DNA from: an uncultured Methylomirabilota bacterium
GTDB taxonomy: Bacteria > Methylomirabilota > Methylomirabilia > Methylomirabilales > 2-02-FULL-66-22
Assembly (NCBI GenBank): GCA_963845565.1
Contig: CAWJSJ010000002.1
Location: forward strand, 896,001 to 960,000
Direction of reading: 5' to 3'
DNA length: 64,000 nt
In this document: in pieces, positions 20,703-34,482 of the stretch
Numbering within the stretch: position 1 is the stretch's first letter
Layout: each line of letters begins with the position of its first letter
The notes under the pieces: generated by a model
The model's database searches: none
What the model was told of the DNA's origin: nothing
The model's input: only the letters and a program-made list of their open reading frames with translations
Position numbers and translations under genes: made by a program

Positions 20703-23216
20703 ATGAAAGCCGTGATCATGGCTGGGGGCTTCGGGACCCGGTTGCGGCCGTTGACCAACAACGTCCCCAAGCCCATGATCCCCATGGCAAACAAGCCCAT
20801 GATGGAGCACATCGTGGACTTGCTCCGCCGGCACGGCATCACCGACCTCGTCACGCTGCTCCACTTCCAGCCGGAACTAATCGAGTCGTATTTTCGGGAC
20901 GGATCGGCGTTCGGCGTGACGATGGCGTATGTCTCCGCCACCGAGGATTTCGGGACGGCGGGCGCCGTGAAGAATGCCGAGGCGCATCTCGACGGACCGT
21001 GTCTCGTCATCAGCGGCGACGTCCTGACCGACTTCGATCTCGGCGCCGCCATCGAGTTTCATCGCGAGCGCCGGGCCGACCTGACCATCCTGCTCACGCG
21101 GGTCGAGAACCCGCTCCAGTATGGGGTGGTGATCACCGAGTCGGACGGGCGGATCAGTCGCTTCCTGGAGAAACCGACCTGGAGCGAGGTGTTCAGCGAT
21201 ACGGTGAACACCGGCATCTACCTGCTCGAGCCGTCGGTGCTGGCGATGATTCCGCCGGGGCGGGAGTTCGACTTCAGCAAGGACCTCTTCCCGCTCATGA
21301 TGCGGGAGGGGCGCCGGCTCTACGGCTACGTGGCAGGCGGGTACTGGCGGGACGTGGGCGACCTGCTGGAGTATCGACTCGCACACCAGGACATCCTGGC
21401 GGGCGGGGTCACGGTTGCGATGGCCGGGCACCGGGTCGAGGGGTTGGACAGGGCCATCTGGCTGGGCGAGGGCAGCCGGGTGGATTTCACGGCGGGGCTG
21501 AAGGGGTCGGTGCTCATCGGGAAGAACGTCCGGGTCGGGGCCAATGCCCGGATCAGCAACAGCGTGATCGGGGACGGCTGCGTGATCGAGGACCGGGCGG
21601 TCGTGTCCGATTGTGTGCTCTGGGACAACGTCAGCATCGGCGCCGGGGCGGTGTTGACCGAGAACGTGGTGGGCCGGGGCAGTGAGGTCAAGGCGCGCGC
21701 CCGCCTCTTCGAGGGGGCGCTGGTCAGCGACGCCTGCTGCATCGGCGAAGGCTCGGTGGTCAAGGCCGACGTCAAGGTCTGGCCGCAGAAGCTGGTCGAG
21801 GACGGCGCGATCCTGTCCACCAGCCTGATCTGGGGGGACCGGTGGGCGCGCTCGCTCTTCGGGGCGTACGGCATCACGGGCCTGGGAAACGTCGAGATCT
21901 CGCCGGAGTTTGCCGCCAAGCTGGGGGCCGCGTTCGGCGCGACACTCCGGCAACACGCCATCGTGTGTACCAGCCGGGACCCGCATCGGACCTGTCGGCT
22001 CATCAACCGGGCCATGATCAGCGGGCTGCTGTCGGCCGGGGTGGACGTCCACGATCTCCGGGTGACCCCCATCCCGGTGGTCCGTTACCAGATGGGGAAG
22101 CATCGGACCGTGGCCGGGACCCACGTGCGCAAGTCGCCGTACGACCCGGAGCTGGTGGACATCAAGTTCTTCGACGACCGGGGGATGGACCTCTCGGCGA
22201 ATCGCGAGAAGGGGCTCGAACGTCTGTTCTTCCGCGAGGACTTCCGGCGGGCGAAGGTAGAGGACACCGGCCGGCTCAGCTTCCCCGAATATGATGTGGA
22301 GTACTACCAGGAAGGCATCCTGGGATTCGTCGATCAGGCGGCGATCCGTGCGCGTGCCCCCAAGATCGTCATCGACTACGCCTTCGGGAGCGCCACCACC
22401 ATCTTCCCGCACATCCTGGGGAAGCTGGGGTGCGAGGTCATCGGCCTGAACGCCTACATGGACGAGACCCGCATCACCAAGACCGCGGAGGAGTATCAGC
22501 GGTCGGTGAAGCAGCTCTGCGAGATCGTGCGGATCCTGGGGGCGGACCTGGGGTTCATGCTGGACACGGGGGCCGAGAAGCTGTTCCTGGTGGACGACAA
22601 GGGCGACCTGTTGTCGGACGAGCTGGCGCTGGCCGCCGTCGCCTTCCTGGTGGGCCGCACCCAGCCCGGCGGGACCATCGCCGTGCCCATCACCGCCAGC
22701 AGCGTCCTGGAGGAACTGGTCGCACCGGGCGGCTTCCGGGTCACCCGGACCAAGATCGCCTCCCGCGCGCTGATGGAAGCCGCGGCCCAGGAGGGCGTGA
22801 CGTTCGTGGGCGACGCCTTCGGCGGGTTCGTGTTTCCTCAGTTTCAGCCGGCGTTCGACGCCATGCTGGCCACGCTGAAGATCCTGGAGATGCTGGCGCT
22901 GAGCGACTTGACGCTCCACCAGGTGATCCGGAGCGTCCCCCAGCGGGTGATGGTGCGGGACCATGTGCCCTGCCCCTGGGAACGCAAGGGGACGCTGATG
23001 CGCACCCTGATCGAGGCCACCAAGCACGACCAGGTGGAACTGGTGGACGGGGTGAAGATTCATCTGGGGGCGGATTGGGCCATCCTGTATCCGGACCCGG
23101 ATCGGCCCGTGTTCCACATCCTGGCCGAAGCCGCCACCCGCACCCGCGCTGGGCAGATCGCGGAGACCTACCGGGAGCAGGTGGCGACTTGGCTGGGACG
23201 GGAGGGCGCCGCGTAG
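20703..23216 (+). CDS. Mannose-1-phosphate guanylyltransferase-like NTP transferase + hexapeptide repeats + degenerate phosphomannomutase domain
   Basis: MAGGFGTRLRPLT..PKPM, GTAG, F.EKP and YWRDVG, then LbH repeats. The C-terminal PMM fold lacks SHNP and DxDxD. Confidence 0.9.
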   Translation: MKAVIMAGGFGTRLRPLTNNVPKPMIPMANKPMMEHIVDLLRRHGITDLVTLLHFQPELIESYFRDGSAFGVTMAYVSATEDFGTAGAVKNAEAHLDGPCLVISGDVLTDFDLGAAIEFHRERRADLTILLTRVENPLQYGVVITESDGRISRFLEKPTWSEVFSDTVNTGIYLLEPSVLAMIPPGREFDFSKDLFPLMMREGRRLYGYVAGGYWRDVGDLLEYRLAHQDILAGGVTVAMAGHRVEGLDRAIWLGEGSRVDFTAGLKGSVLIGKNVRVGANARISNSVIGDGCVIEDRAVVSDCVLWDNVSIGAGAVLTENVVGRGSEVKARARLFEGALVSDACCIGEGSVVKADVKVWPQKLVEDGAILSTSLIWGDRWARSLFGAYGITGLGNVEISPEFAAKLGAAFGATLRQHAIVCTSRDPHRTCRLINRAMISGLLSAGVDVHDLRVTPIPVVRYQMGKHRTVAGTHVRKSPYDPELVDIKFFDDRGMDLSANREKGLERLFFREDFRRAKVEDTGRLSFPEYDVEYYQEGILGFVDQAAIRARAPKIVIDYAFGSATTIFPHILGKLGCEVIGLNAYMDETRITKTAEEYQRSVKQLCEIVRILGADLGFMLDTGAEKLFLVDDKGDLLSDELALAAVAFLVGRTQPGGTIAVPITASSVLEELVAPGGFRVTRTKIASRALMEAAAQEGVTFVGDAFGGFVFPQFQPAFDAMLATLKILEMLALSDLTLHQVIRSVPQRVMVRDHVPCPWERKGTLMRTLIEATKHDQVELVDGVKIHLGADWAILYPDPDRPVFHILAEAATRTRAGQIAETYREQVATWLGREGAA

Positions 23217-23370
23217 CAGGCTGCTGAAAAAGGCCCATCTGCGGCGTTGGCGTCACTCGGGCGCTCGCTGCGGCGTACCTGGAGTACGCCTCACTCGGCC
23301 CTGCGTTCGCCGCCTGGCATCTGGACCTTTTTGAGCAGCCTGACGGAAAGCGGGTTTCCGCATCCTGTTT
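23214..23370. mobile_element. MITE-like element family B, copy 1
   Basis: TAGCAGGCTGCTGAAAA ... TTTTGAGCAGCCTG ... TTTCCGCATCCTG. Near-identical to 61804-61978. Confidence 0.8.
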
Positions 23371-23419
23371 GGGCTAGGGGCCGTTGCGTCTGCCGGCTGC
23401 CACGAGTACGGGACGGACC

Positions 23420-24847
23420 ATGGGCGGGATCACGCTCGACACATCCGGCTGGCGCGGCATCATTGCCGAGGACTTCACGTTCACGGGGGTCCGCGCCGTC
23501 AGCCAGGCCGTCGGGGAGTATTTCCGGTCCCTGGACCCGCGCGCCGGAGAGCGCGGCGTGGTGATCGGCTACGACACGCGGTTCCTCTCGGAGGCGTTTG
23601 CGGCGCAGGCGGCACGGATCCTGGCGGCACAGGGGATCCGGGCGCTGCTGTGTGAGCGGGATACGCCGACGCCGGTGGTCGCCTCCGAGATTCTGCGGCG
23701 GCAGGCGGCAGGCGGGATCATCGTCACCGCCGGCCACCACCCTCCGGAGTACAACGGCATCAGGGTTTCGGGGGCCTGGGGTGGGCCGGCGTCGCCCGAG
23801 GCCACTCGGCAGATCCAGGCCCGGGCGAATGCCCTGCTTTTCGAGCCGCGCGCGGCGGAGATCGCGTCGGGCGAGGCGGACGGGCAGGGCCTGATCGAGC
23901 GCATCGATCCGCGGGACGCGTATCTGGAGCGGCTGCGGGGCTTGGTGCGGCTGGAAACGATCCGCGAGGCGCGCCTCAGGGTCGTCGTGGATCCGCTCTA
24001 CGGCACCGGCCGGGGCTACCTGGACGCACTGCTCGCGGAGGCCGGCTGCGAGGTCCGCGTGCTCCACGACTGGCGGGACCCGAATTTCGGCGGCCGGTCG
24101 CCCGAGCCCTCGGAGGCGCACCTGGAGGAGCTGGCCTTTCAGGTGGTGGAGACCTCGGCCCATCTGGGCCTTTCCACCGATGGGGAGGGTGCCCGATTCG
24201 GCCTGGTGGACGCCGACGGGAGCTTCCTGGAGTCGGGCTATTTCCTCGGGCTCCTCTTGCACCACCTGGTCAGGACGCGGGGCTGGACCGGCGGCGCGGC
24301 GCGATCGGCGGCGACCAGCCACCTGATGGATGCCGTGGCGCGTCGGCTGGATATCCCGATCTACGAGACGCCGGCCGGCTTTGCCTCCATCGGCGCGTTG
24401 ATCGCCAAGGACACCATCGCCCTGGGCGGCGACGAGGGGGCCGGGCTCTCGGTCAAGGGGCACGTCCCGGAACAGGACGGGATCCTGGCGTGCCTGTTGG
24501 CCGCCGAGCTGGTCGCCTCGCGAGGGCGTGCCCGGCTCCGGACGCTGCTCCAGGAGTTGTACGCGGACGTCGGGACGTTCCTGACCAAGCGGGTGGACCA
24601 TCGGGTGGAGCCCCGCGACGTGGACCGGCTGGCGGAGCGGCTGCGGAAACCTCCGGGGAACGTGGCGGGCTTGGCGGTCATCGAGGTGAAACAGCTGGAC
24701 GGGGTGAAGCTGCTGCTCGAGGACGGAAGCTGGCTCCTCATCCGGGTCTCGGACGCGGAGCCGGTGGTGCGCCTCTCGGTCGAGGCGGCGACGCCGGAGC
24801 AGGTGGACCGGTTGGTGACGGCAGGAGAGACCCTCATCGGACGATGA
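23420..24847 (+). CDS. Phosphoglucomutase/phosphomannomutase-fold protein with degenerate active site
   Basis: TSGWRG, GYDTR, PTP and DPLYGTG are present, but TAGHHP, DGEGAR, GDEG and RVSDAEP replace the catalytic motifs. Confidence 0.85.
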   Translation: MGGITLDTSGWRGIIAEDFTFTGVRAVSQAVGEYFRSLDPRAGERGVVIGYDTRFLSEAFAAQAARILAAQGIRALLCERDTPTPVVASEILRRQAAGGIIVTAGHHPPEYNGIRVSGAWGGPASPEATRQIQARANALLFEPRAAEIASGEADGQGLIERIDPRDAYLERLRGLVRLETIREARLRVVVDPLYGTGRGYLDALLAEAGCEVRVLHDWRDPNFGGRSPEPSEAHLEELAFQVVETSAHLGLSTDGEGARFGLVDADGSFLESGYFLGLLLHHLVRTRGWTGGAARSAATSHLMDAVARRLDIPIYETPAGFASIGALIAKDTIALGGDEGAGLSVKGHVPEQDGILACLLAAELVASRGRARLRTLLQELYADVGTFLTKRVDHRVEPRDVDRLAERLRKPPGNVAGLAVIEVKQLDGVKLLLEDGSWLLIRVSDAEPVVRLSVEAATPEQVDRLVTAGETLIGR

Positions 24848-24863
24848 CGGGTCGGTGCGATAG

Positions 24864-26300
<1,437 letters not shown>

Positions 26301-26306
26301 CCGGCC

Positions 26307-26645
26307 ATGGCCCGCCTGCCCGGCCGGGGTCGGCCCTCCGTCTTGCGCCACCTGAGGCTCGCCATCCTGTTCCTCTTGGTCCTGGTGGCGGCCTCGGTGA
26401 TGGGCAATCGGAGCCTGCTCCGTCTGTACCAGATGCACCGGGAGCGCGCGGCCGTGGAGCGCGAGATCGATCAGTTGACAGCAGCCAACGCCACCCTGGC
26501 GGAGGAGGTGCGGAACCTCCGCACCGATCCCGCCAGGGCCGAGGCGATCGCCCGCGAGGAGCTGGGCCTGGTGAAGCCCGGCGACCTGGTCTACGAGTTC
26601 CGCCCCGCTATCCCGCCCCCGGCCAAGACCGAGGCCTCCCGCTAG
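26307..26645 (+). CDS. ftsB: Septum formation initiator FtsB/DivIC
   Basis: TM + coiled coil + EAIAREELGLVKPG, in the canonical position after eno. Confidence 0.85.
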   Translation: MARLPGRGRPSVLRHLRLAILFLLVLVAASVMGNRSLLRLYQMHRERAAVEREIDQLTAANATLAEEVRNLRTDPARAEAIAREELGLVKPGDLVYEFRPAIPPPAKTEASR

Positions 26646-26835
26646 CGCCTGATGCCGTCTGATCTTGCGGGTCCGGGACGAACCGAAACTCCTTGCGGAG
26701 GCCCGCTCCATTCCCTATACTAGCCTTCCACCCCGAATCCTCTGATTGATCTGCCCGCATTTTGCGTGGTTTTCTCCTGCGAGGCGGGGTTGCTGTGGAC
26801 TCGGAGGCGAGCCGGGGGAGCGGCTTGCCCGCCCG

Positions 26836-26940
26836 TAAGCCGTTGTCAAAGAATAAATTGAGCGGAGACATGCCGAAACGGCATAAGGAGCCGTAACGAA
26901 ATAGAAAGAGATGTACAGGTTATTTCGTAACGGCTCCTAA
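26836..26940 (+). mobile_element. 105-bp double-hairpin element family A, copy 1
   Basis: TAAGCCGTTGTCAAAGAAT..GAAACGGCATAAGGAGCCGTAACGAAAT..ATTTCGTAACGGCTCCTAA. Also at 40089 and 62856. Confidence 0.85.
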
Positions 26941-26953
26941 CGTTCGAGGGGAC

Positions 26954-28099
26954 ATGAAGCGACTGGCGATTCTGGGTTCGACGGGTTCCATCGGGAGGCA
27001 CACGTTGGATGTGGTGGCGAGCCATCCCGACCAGTTCGAGGTCGTGGCGCTGGCCGCCGGCAACAACGTGGAGCTGCTGGAACAGCAGGTCCGCCGGTTC
27101 CGCCCGCGGTTTGTCGCGCTGGCCGACGAAACGCGAGCGCGGGAGCTGGCCCGACGCCTGGACTCCCTGACGACCGAGGTGGGTTGGGGGAGCGAGGGGG
27201 TGCGCCAGGCGGCCGCCGACACCGGGGCGGACATGGTCGTGTCGGCGATCGTGGGCGGGGCCGGCCTGGTGCCGACCATGGCGGCGCTTCGGGCGGGGAA
27301 GACGCTGGCGCTGGCCAACAAGGAAACCCTGGTGATGGCGGGCGCCCTGGTGACCGCCGAGGCCCGGGCCCGCGGGACGCGGATCCTTCCGGTGGACAGC
27401 GAGCACTCCGCCATCTTCCAGTGCCTGGACCACGGCGAGACCGGCTCGGTCCGGCGGATCGTCCTCACCGCGTCCGGGGGGCCGTTCCGGACGCTGCCCC
27501 AGAAGGCCTTTGCCACCATCACCCCCGAGGACGCCCTCTGCCACCCCACCTGGTCCATGGGGAAGAAGATCACCATCGATTCGGCCACGCTGGTCAACAA
27601 GGGGCTGGAGGTGATCGAGGCCCAGTGGCTATTTGACCTCCCGGTGGATCGGGTGGACGTCATCGTGCATCCCCAGAGCGTCATCCATTCCATGGTGGAA
27701 TACGTGGACGGGTCGTTCCTGGCGCAGCTCGGGGCGCCGGACATGCGGCTGCCGATCCAGTACGCCCTGATGTATCCCGAGCGGCGGGTCTGCCCCGCCG
27801 CGCGACTGGCCCTGGACGAGCTGCGCCTGTTGACGTTCGAGGCGGTGGATCGGGAGAAATTCCCCTCTCTGGATCTGGCGTACGAGGCGGCGCGGGCGGG
27901 CGGCTCGTGGCCGGCGGTCCTGAATGCCGCCAACGAGGTGGCCGTCCAGTGGTTCCTGGACCGCCGCATCGGTTTCGACGAGATTCCCGTGGTCATCCGG
28001 AAGGCCATGGATGCCCACCCCCAACGCGCCATCGCCAGCGTGGAAGACGTCCTGGAGGTGGACCGGCAGGTGAGAGAGAACTTGGAGCGGAGAGGCTAG
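26954..28099 (+). CDS. dxr: 1-deoxy-D-xylulose 5-phosphate reductoisomerase
   Basis: LGSTGSIG, LANKE, PVDSEH, HPTWSMGKKITIDSAT and NAANE. Confidence 0.98.
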   Translation: MKRLAILGSTGSIGRHTLDVVASHPDQFEVVALAAGNNVELLEQQVRRFRPRFVALADETRARELARRLDSLTTEVGWGSEGVRQAAADTGADMVVSAIVGGAGLVPTMAALRAGKTLALANKETLVMAGALVTAEARARGTRILPVDSEHSAIFQCLDHGETGSVRRIVLTASGGPFRTLPQKAFATITPEDALCHPTWSMGKKITIDSATLVNKGLEVIEAQWLFDLPVDRVDVIVHPQSVIHSMVEYVDGSFLAQLGAPDMRLPIQYALMYPERRVCPAARLALDELRLLTFEAVDREKFPSLDLAYEAARAGGSWPAVLNAANEVAVQWFLDRRIGFDEIPVVIRKAMDAHPQRAIASVEDVLEVDRQVRENLERRG

Positions 28100-28198
28100 A
28101 GTCGAGAGCCTAGAGCGAAGAGCTGAGAGCCGAGAGTGGAGCGAGCGGAATAGACGCCCGTGCGGCTCGGCTCTCCACGCTTGGCTCTAGGCTCTAAC
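28097..28198. repeat. Imperfect 7-bp tandem repeats with an inverted counterpart
   Basis: TAGAGTC GAGAGCC TAGAGCG AAGAGCT GAGAGCC GAGAGTG ... GGCTCTAGGCTCTA. Confidence 0.65.
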
Positions 28199-28209
28199 GT
28201 GGAGTTCGC

Positions 28210-29556
28210 ATGACGATACAGACGATCGTGGCAGCGGTGGTGGTCCTCGGGGCGTTGATCTTCTTTCACGAGCTCGGCCATTTTCTGGTGGCCAAGCGGG
28301 CGAAGGTCGGGGTCTTGAAGTTCTCCCTGGGCTTTGGCCCGAAGATCGTGGGCGTGAAACGCGGCGAAACGGAGTACCTGCTGTCCGCGCTCCCGCTCGG
28401 CGGCTACGTCAAGATGATCGGCGAGGACCCGGGCGACGAGTCGCCCGAGGCGACCGACCCGGCGCGCTCATTTTCGAAGAAGAGCGTCGGCACCCGGTCG
28501 CTCATCATCCTGGCCGGGCCGTTGGCCAACTTCATTCTCCCCGTCCTGATCTTCTGGGGCATCTTCATGTTCGTCGGCCAGTCCTTCCTGCTGCCGGTGG
28601 CGGGCTCGCCGGAGAAGGATTCGCCGGCCGCCAAGGCGGGCCTCACCGTGGGGGATCGTGTTCAGGCGATCGGCGGACAACCCATCGGGCGATGGGATGA
28701 GTTCGAGACGGCGCTGCGGACGTCGTCGGGCCGCACGCTGACCCTGACGATCCTTCGCGACGGGCGGTCCACGGATGTTCAGGTGGAGCCGCGGGTGCAG
28801 AAGACGCGGGACCTCTTCGGTCAGGATGTGGAGGTGTGGGATCTTGGGCTGCGCCCGCTGGTGTCCACCCGCATCGGGCAAGTCCTGCCGAACCAGCCGG
28901 CGCAGCAATCCGGCATCCGCGGCGGCGATCGTGTCCTGGCGGTGAACGGCAACCCCGTGGGCGAATGGGACCAGCTCGCCAAGATCATCCACGGCAGCCC
29001 CGGCACGCCGCTCACGCTCACGCTGGAGCGCGAGGGGCAGCGCCAAGAGGTCCAGGTCACCCCGCGGAGCACCAAGCAGCAGGGGCCCGCCGGCGAGGAG
29101 GAGATCGGTCTGATCGGGATCGGGCCGGCGCCGGAAACGCAGCTCCGCCGCCTGAATCCCGTCTCGGCTGCCTGGGCAGGGGTGACGAAGACGGTGGACC
29201 TCTCGGTCCTGGTGGTGACCGGCTTCGTCAAGCTGGTCCAGGCCAAGATCTCGCCCAAGACCATCGGAGGGCCGATCCTCATCGCCCAGATGGCCGGCGA
29301 GGTCGCGCAGCGGGGCATGATCGAATTGCTCTCGTTCACGGCGCTCCTGTCCATCAACCTGGCGATCCTGAATCTCCTGCCGATTCCCATCCTGGACGGC
29401 GGGCATCTGCTCTTCTCGCTGATCGAATGGCTCCGGGGCAAGCCGGTGAGCCTCAAGAAGCGTGAGATGGCGCAGCAGGTGGGCATGGTTCTGCTCATCG
29501 GCCTGATGGTCTTCGCGTTCTACAACGACATCTTCCGCTGGCTGGGCCAGCCGTGA
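28210..29556 (+). CDS. rseP: RIP metalloprotease RseP (2 PDZ)
   Basis: HELGH, GGYVKM, AGPLAN and [11 protein letters not shown]. Confidence 0.97.
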   Translation: MTIQTIVAAVVVLGALIFFHELGHFLVAKRAKVGVLKFSLGFGPKIVGVKRGETEYLLSALPLGGYVKMIGEDPGDESPEATDPARSFSKKSVGTRSLIILAGPLANFILPVLIFWGIFMFVGQSFLLPVAGSPEKDSPAAKAGLTVGDRVQAIGGQPIGRWDEFETALRTSSGRTLTLTILRDGRSTDVQVEPRVQKTRDLFGQDVEVWDLGLRPLVSTRIGQVLPNQPAQQSGIRGGDRVLAVNGNPVGEWDQLAKIIHGSPGTPLTLTLEREGQRQEVQVTPRSTKQQGPAGEEEIGLIGIGPAPETQLRRLNPVSAAWAGVTKTVDLSVLVVTGFVKLVQAKISPKTIGGPILIAQMAGEVAQRGMIELLSFTALLSINLAILNLLPIPILDGGHLLFSLIEWLRGKPVSLKKREMAQQVGMVLLIGLMVFAFYNDIFRWLGQP

Positions 29557-29564
29557 GTCGGGCA

Positions 29565-30728
29565 ATGGAGTACCGGGCCGATCCGGCCGAAGCGACCAAC
29601 TTCGGCCCGTTCACCGAGGTCGCCCCCCTTCGCATCGCATCCGCCCGCTCCTACGTTCGGCGGCGGACGCGCCCGCTCCAGGTGGGCAAGGTGGCGGTCG
29701 GCGGGAACGCGCCCATCTCGGTCCAGTCCATGACCAAGACCGACACGCGGGACGTCCAGGCGACCGTGGACCAGATCTGGGCGCTGGAGGCGGCCGGCTG
29801 CGAGATCGTCCGGGTGGCGGTCCCCGACGCGGACGCCGCGACGGCGATCGGCAAGATCCGACCCCAGATCCGCATCCCGCTGATCGTGGACATCCACTTC
29901 GATTACCGGCTGGCCCTCCAGTGTCTCACGGCCGGCGTGGACTGTCTGCGGATCAACCCCGGCAACATCGGGGCGACCTGGCGGGTGCAGGAAGTGACCA
30001 AGGCCGCGGCGGAGCGCAAGGTGCCCATCCGGATCGGCGTGAACGCGGGATCGCTGGAGAAGCATCTCCTGCAGCGGTTCGGGGAGCCGACGCCGGAAGC
30101 CCTGGTGGAGAGCGCGCTCTTCCACATCCGGATCCTCGAGGAGCTGAACTACCCGGAGATGAAGGTCTCGCTCAAGTCGTCCGACCCACGGATGATGATC
30201 GAGGCGTACCGTCTGCTGGCAGATCAGGTCCCGTACCCCTTCCATCTGGGGGTGACCGAGGCGGGGACGGCCTTTACCGGGGCGATCAAATCCGCCGTGG
30301 GCATCGGGACGCTGCTGGCCGAGGGGATCGGCGACACCATCCGGGTGAGCCTGACGGAGGATCCGACCGAGGAGATCAAGGCCGGCTTCGAGATCCTGAA
30401 GGCCCTCGGGCTCCGGAAGCGGGGGCTCAACGTGATCGCCTGTCCCTCCTGCGGCCGGGTGGAGATCGACCTGGTCGGTCTGACCAAAGAGGTCGAGAAG
30501 CGGCTGGAGGCGCTCAACATCCAGCGGACGCTGAACGTCGCCGTGATGGGCTGTGCGGTCAACGGGCCGGGCGAAGCACGCGGGGCGGACATCGGGATCG
30601 CCGGCGGCCACGGGGTCGGGATCCTGATCAAGAAGGGGCAGATCGTCCGGAAGGTCAAGGAGTCGGAGCTGGCCGACGTGCTGGTGGAAGAGGTGCAACG
30701 GTTGGCCGCCCAGTCCCCGGAGGATTAA
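29565..30728 (+). CDS. ispG: HMBPP synthase
   Basis: [30 protein letters not shown] and [10 protein letters not shown]. Confidence 0.97.
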   Translation: MEYRADPAEATNFGPFTEVAPLRIASARSYVRRRTRPLQVGKVAVGGNAPISVQSMTKTDTRDVQATVDQIWALEAAGCEIVRVAVPDADAATAIGKIRPQIRIPLIVDIHFDYRLALQCLTAGVDCLRINPGNIGATWRVQEVTKAAAERKVPIRIGVNAGSLEKHLLQRFGEPTPEALVESALFHIRILEELNYPEMKVSLKSSDPRMMIEAYRLLADQVPYPFHLGVTEAGTAFTGAIKSAVGIGTLLAEGIGDTIRVSLTEDPTEEIKAGFEILKALGLRKRGLNVIACPSCGRVEIDLVGLTKEVEKRLEALNIQRTLNVAVMGCAVNGPGEARGADIGIAGGHGVGILIKKGQIVRKVKESELADVLVEEVQRLAAQSPED

Positions 30729-30895
30729 CGGGCGGCCACAGCAGGTCTCCCGCAGTCGAGGGGGAGGAACCGCACGCGTCCTCCTCCTTTCTGTTTTCCG
30801 TCTCTCATCCCGCGGGGCTGGTTCCTCTTGGCCCCGCCGCCGGGGCCGCCAATGGGCCGCGGCCACACCACGACTCCCCTCACGAGGAGGGCGCG

Positions 30896-32582
<1,687 letters not shown>

Positions 32583-32586
<4 letters not shown>

Positions 32587-33098
32587 GCCCAGCCGGCGCC
32601 GGTCGGTCCGTGCTCTGGCGCTGGGGGCCGCTGGTGGTCTGGATGGCGGCGATCAGCACGTTCTCCACGGACGCCTTCTCTGCCGAGGAGACCGGCGGGC
32701 TCCTCGAGCCCGTCCTGCGGTGGCTGATCCCGACGATTTCGGCCGCAGGGGTGGAGGCGGCGCACGTCGCCATCCGCAAGGCGGCGCACGTCGCCGAGTT
32801 TGCTCTTCTGGGCCTTCTCTGGTACCGGAGTCTGGCCTGGGGTTCGCGCGGCTGGCAGCCGCGCACGGCCCTGGCGGCCTTCGGTCTCAGCGTGCTATAC
32901 GCCGGGCTGGATGAGGCGCATCAGGCGTTCGTGGCGACGCGGACGGCCAGTCTCCTCGACGTAGCCTGGGACAGTGCGGGCGCCCTGTTCGGCGTCGGCG
33001 GGAGCGGCGTGTTGTGGGGATGGGTAGGGTCCAGGAGAACGCTCAACGCCTCGCAGGGTCGGCCCGCGAGGCGTATCGAGGTTTCCGAGCGCGATTAG
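32583..33098 (+). CDS. VanZ-family membrane protein
   Basis: IRKAAHVAEFALL, YAGLDEAHQAFV..RTAS..DVAWD. Confidence 0.85.
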
Positions 33099-33104
33099 GA
33101 GCCG

Positions 33105-33401
33105 TTAGGTTTCGGACTTTGTGGCGGTCGTGCTCGTGCTGGAGGTGGTCGAGGAGGATTCGGTAGCCTTGCTGCCGTTCGCCTTGCCGTCTCCGTCGGC
33201 TTTTTGGGCTTTCTTCCGGTCCGCGCTGGCGTAGTCCGTGACGTACCAGCCCGATCCCTTGAAGACGAGGGCAGGTGCGGAGAGCACCTTGTGGACCGCC
33301 CCCCCGCACGTGGGGCACTTCTTCACGGGCTTGTCGCTGAACTTCTGCATGAGTTCGAACCGCTCGTCGCAGGAGTCGCACTCATATTCGTAGATCGGCA
33401 C
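33105..33401 (-). CDS. FmdB-family zinc-ribbon protein
   Basis: PIYEYECDSC..CPTCG..FKGSGWYVTDY. GTG 33401 with an AAAGGAGG RBS. Confidence 0.9.
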   Translation of the reverse strand: MPIYEYECDSCDERFELMQKFSDKPVKKCPTCGGAVHKVLSAPALVFKGSGWYVTDYASADRKKAQKADGDGKANGSKATESSSTTSSTSTTATKSET

Positions 33402-33438
33402 GTAGATCACCCTCCTTTGCCGGACACAGCCGGAATTG

Positions 33439-33506
33439 ACGATATGGGACAAGCCGGAATTTGTCAAGGGTTTTGACGTTGACAAGCCGCCCGGTTCGGA
33501 TAATAT
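33439..33506. promoter_or_regulatory. Back-to-back sigma70 promoters
   Basis: Minus strand TTGACA(33462-67)-N17-TATCGT. Plus strand TTGACA(33479-84)-N16-TAATAT. Confidence 0.65.
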
Positions 33507-33570
33507 AGTCTGTCATTTCAGTAGGTTGGGAGGCCGTACGAGCACCAGCGGATCGAGTCCACGGCAGAGC

Positions 33571-34437
33571 ATGACCGGCTTCGGCCGGGGGGAAGCGGCG
33601 CGGCAGGGTCGAGCCTATACGGTCGAGATCCAGTCCGTCAACCACCGGTTTCTGGAGGTCCGCTGTCGTCTGCCCAAACGACTGGCCGGGCTGGAGCCGC
33701 GCGTGCAGCGGGCGGTACAGCAGCGGTTTGCCCGCGGCCACTTCGAGGTCTCGGTCCAGGAGAAGGATCTGGAGGGGCGGGCCAGGACTCTGAAGGTGGA
33801 TCTGCCCCTGGCGAGGCAGTACGTTGAGCTGCTGCGCGCCCTCCAGCGGGAAATGGATCTCCCGGGACAGGTCACGCTCGAGATGCTGGCAGGCCAGCGG
33901 GAATTGATCTCGGTCGAGGAGTCCGAAGAGACCGTCGAGGAGGTCTGGGCGGACCTGGAGCCGGCGCTGGCCGGCGCCCTGGACGGCCTGGCAGCCATGC
34001 GCTGCCAGGAGGGCGCCGCCCTCGTCGAGGCGCTCCGGCGCCACCTGGACGAGATCGAGGAAGTCCTCGGCGGGGTGCTGGGGCGGACCGCCGACCTCGT
34101 CGCGACCCACCGGACCCGCCTGCGAGAGCGCGTGGCGGATCTCCTGGACGGGCGTCTGCCGGACCCGCTCCGTCTGGAGCAGGAGGTGGCCCTGCTGGCC
34201 GACCGGGGCGATGTCGCGGAGGAATGCGATCGGCTGCGAAGTCACTTGCACCAATTCCGGGATACGCTGGGGCAGGCCGGCCCGCAGGGACGACGCCTGG
34301 ACTTTCTCCTCCAGGAGATGAACCGCGAAGCGAACACCATCGGGTCGAAAGCCGCCGACGCCGGGCTGGCCCGAGACGTGGTGGAACTGAAGACCGCCAT
34401 CGAGCGATTGCGCGAGCAGGTGCAGAACCTGGAATAG
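33571..34437 (+). CDS. yicC: YicC/YloC-family endoribonuclease
   Basis: SMTGFGR, SVNHRFLE, EE..RLRSH and GRRLDFLLQEMNREANTIGSK, REQVQNLE. Start uncertain. Confidence 0.93.
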   Translation: MTGFGRGEAARQGRAYTVEIQSVNHRFLEVRCRLPKRLAGLEPRVQRAVQQRFARGHFEVSVQEKDLEGRARTLKVDLPLARQYVELLRALQREMDLPGQVTLEMLAGQRELISVEESEETVEEVWADLEPALAGALDGLAAMRCQEGAALVEALRRHLDEIEEVLGGVLGRTADLVATHRTRLRERVADLLDGRLPDPLRLEQEVALLADRGDVAEECDRLRSHLHQFRDTLGQAGPQGRRLDFLLQEMNREANTIGSKAADAGLARDVVELKTAIERLREQVQNLE

Positions 34438-34482
34438 CCGCCGGGCGGCGGCCGCACGACGACCGACCGGCGAGGGGTTGCC

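Noticed and set aside
26646..26835. tRNA or ncRNA in intergenic gaps (also 54470-54675)
   Set aside because: No cloverleaf, T-loop or other recognisable RNA signature.
26836..26940. Family A element as a CRISPR array
   Set aside because: The copies are dispersed, the arms are inverted rather than tandem direct repeats, and there are no cas genes.
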